From NCBI GenBank assembly GCA_024653905.1, contig JANLGZ010000070.1:1-56871 (forward strand): 56,871 nt of DNA, written 5' to 3'. Each line of letters starts with the position of its first letter. The first letter of the stretch is position 1. The notes beneath the pieces were generated by a model. That model was not told the DNA's origin, did not search any database, and saw only the letters and a list, made by a program, of their open reading frames with translations. The DNA is from an archaeon. GTDB lineage: Archaea; Iainarchaeota; Iainarchaeia; Iainarchaeales; Iainarchaeaceae. Shown piece by piece: positions 56,848 through 56,871 of this stretch. The translations under genes were made by a program, and so were the position numbers.

Positions 56848-56871
56848 ACAAAAAGAACACAGTTTGTATAA

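Overview
AT-rich archaeal chromosomal segment. The gene content (PriS/PriL, GINS51, PCNA, Csl4, RpoL, LonB, Nre, CDC48, class III signal-peptide pilins, bacterial-type RpiB and ThrRS) fits a small-genome DPANN archaeon. A Diapherotrites/Iainarchaeota affinity is plausible but is inference only. Most genes are housekeeping: a replication/translation cluster, pheS/pheT, rfcL, cdc6, cdc48 with a 495-aa intein, topA, rfcS, nre and thrS. There are also two type IV pilus/pilin loci and two toxin-antitoxin-related loci. No rRNA, tRNA, CRISPR array or transposase was recognised. Signals missed by the ORF track or otherwise unexplained: (1) a 59-aa Lys/Ala/Arg-rich histone H1-like gene with a strong SD between priL and priS; (2) a GC-rich multi-hairpin element next to cdc6, in front of an N-terminally broken RelE-like toxin with no antitoxin; (3) two coiled-coil ORFans between pheS and pheT whose starts copy the pheT start region; (4) a perfect 15-bp inverted repeat at the start codons of two convergent pilin-like genes, bracketing about 2 kb; (5) two divergent PCNA paralogs; (6) a degenerate NrdD-like ATP-cone protein; (7) a 49-bp perfect D1/D2 repeat and a pore-loop W-to-G change in cdc48; (8) three unannotated mini-pilins.
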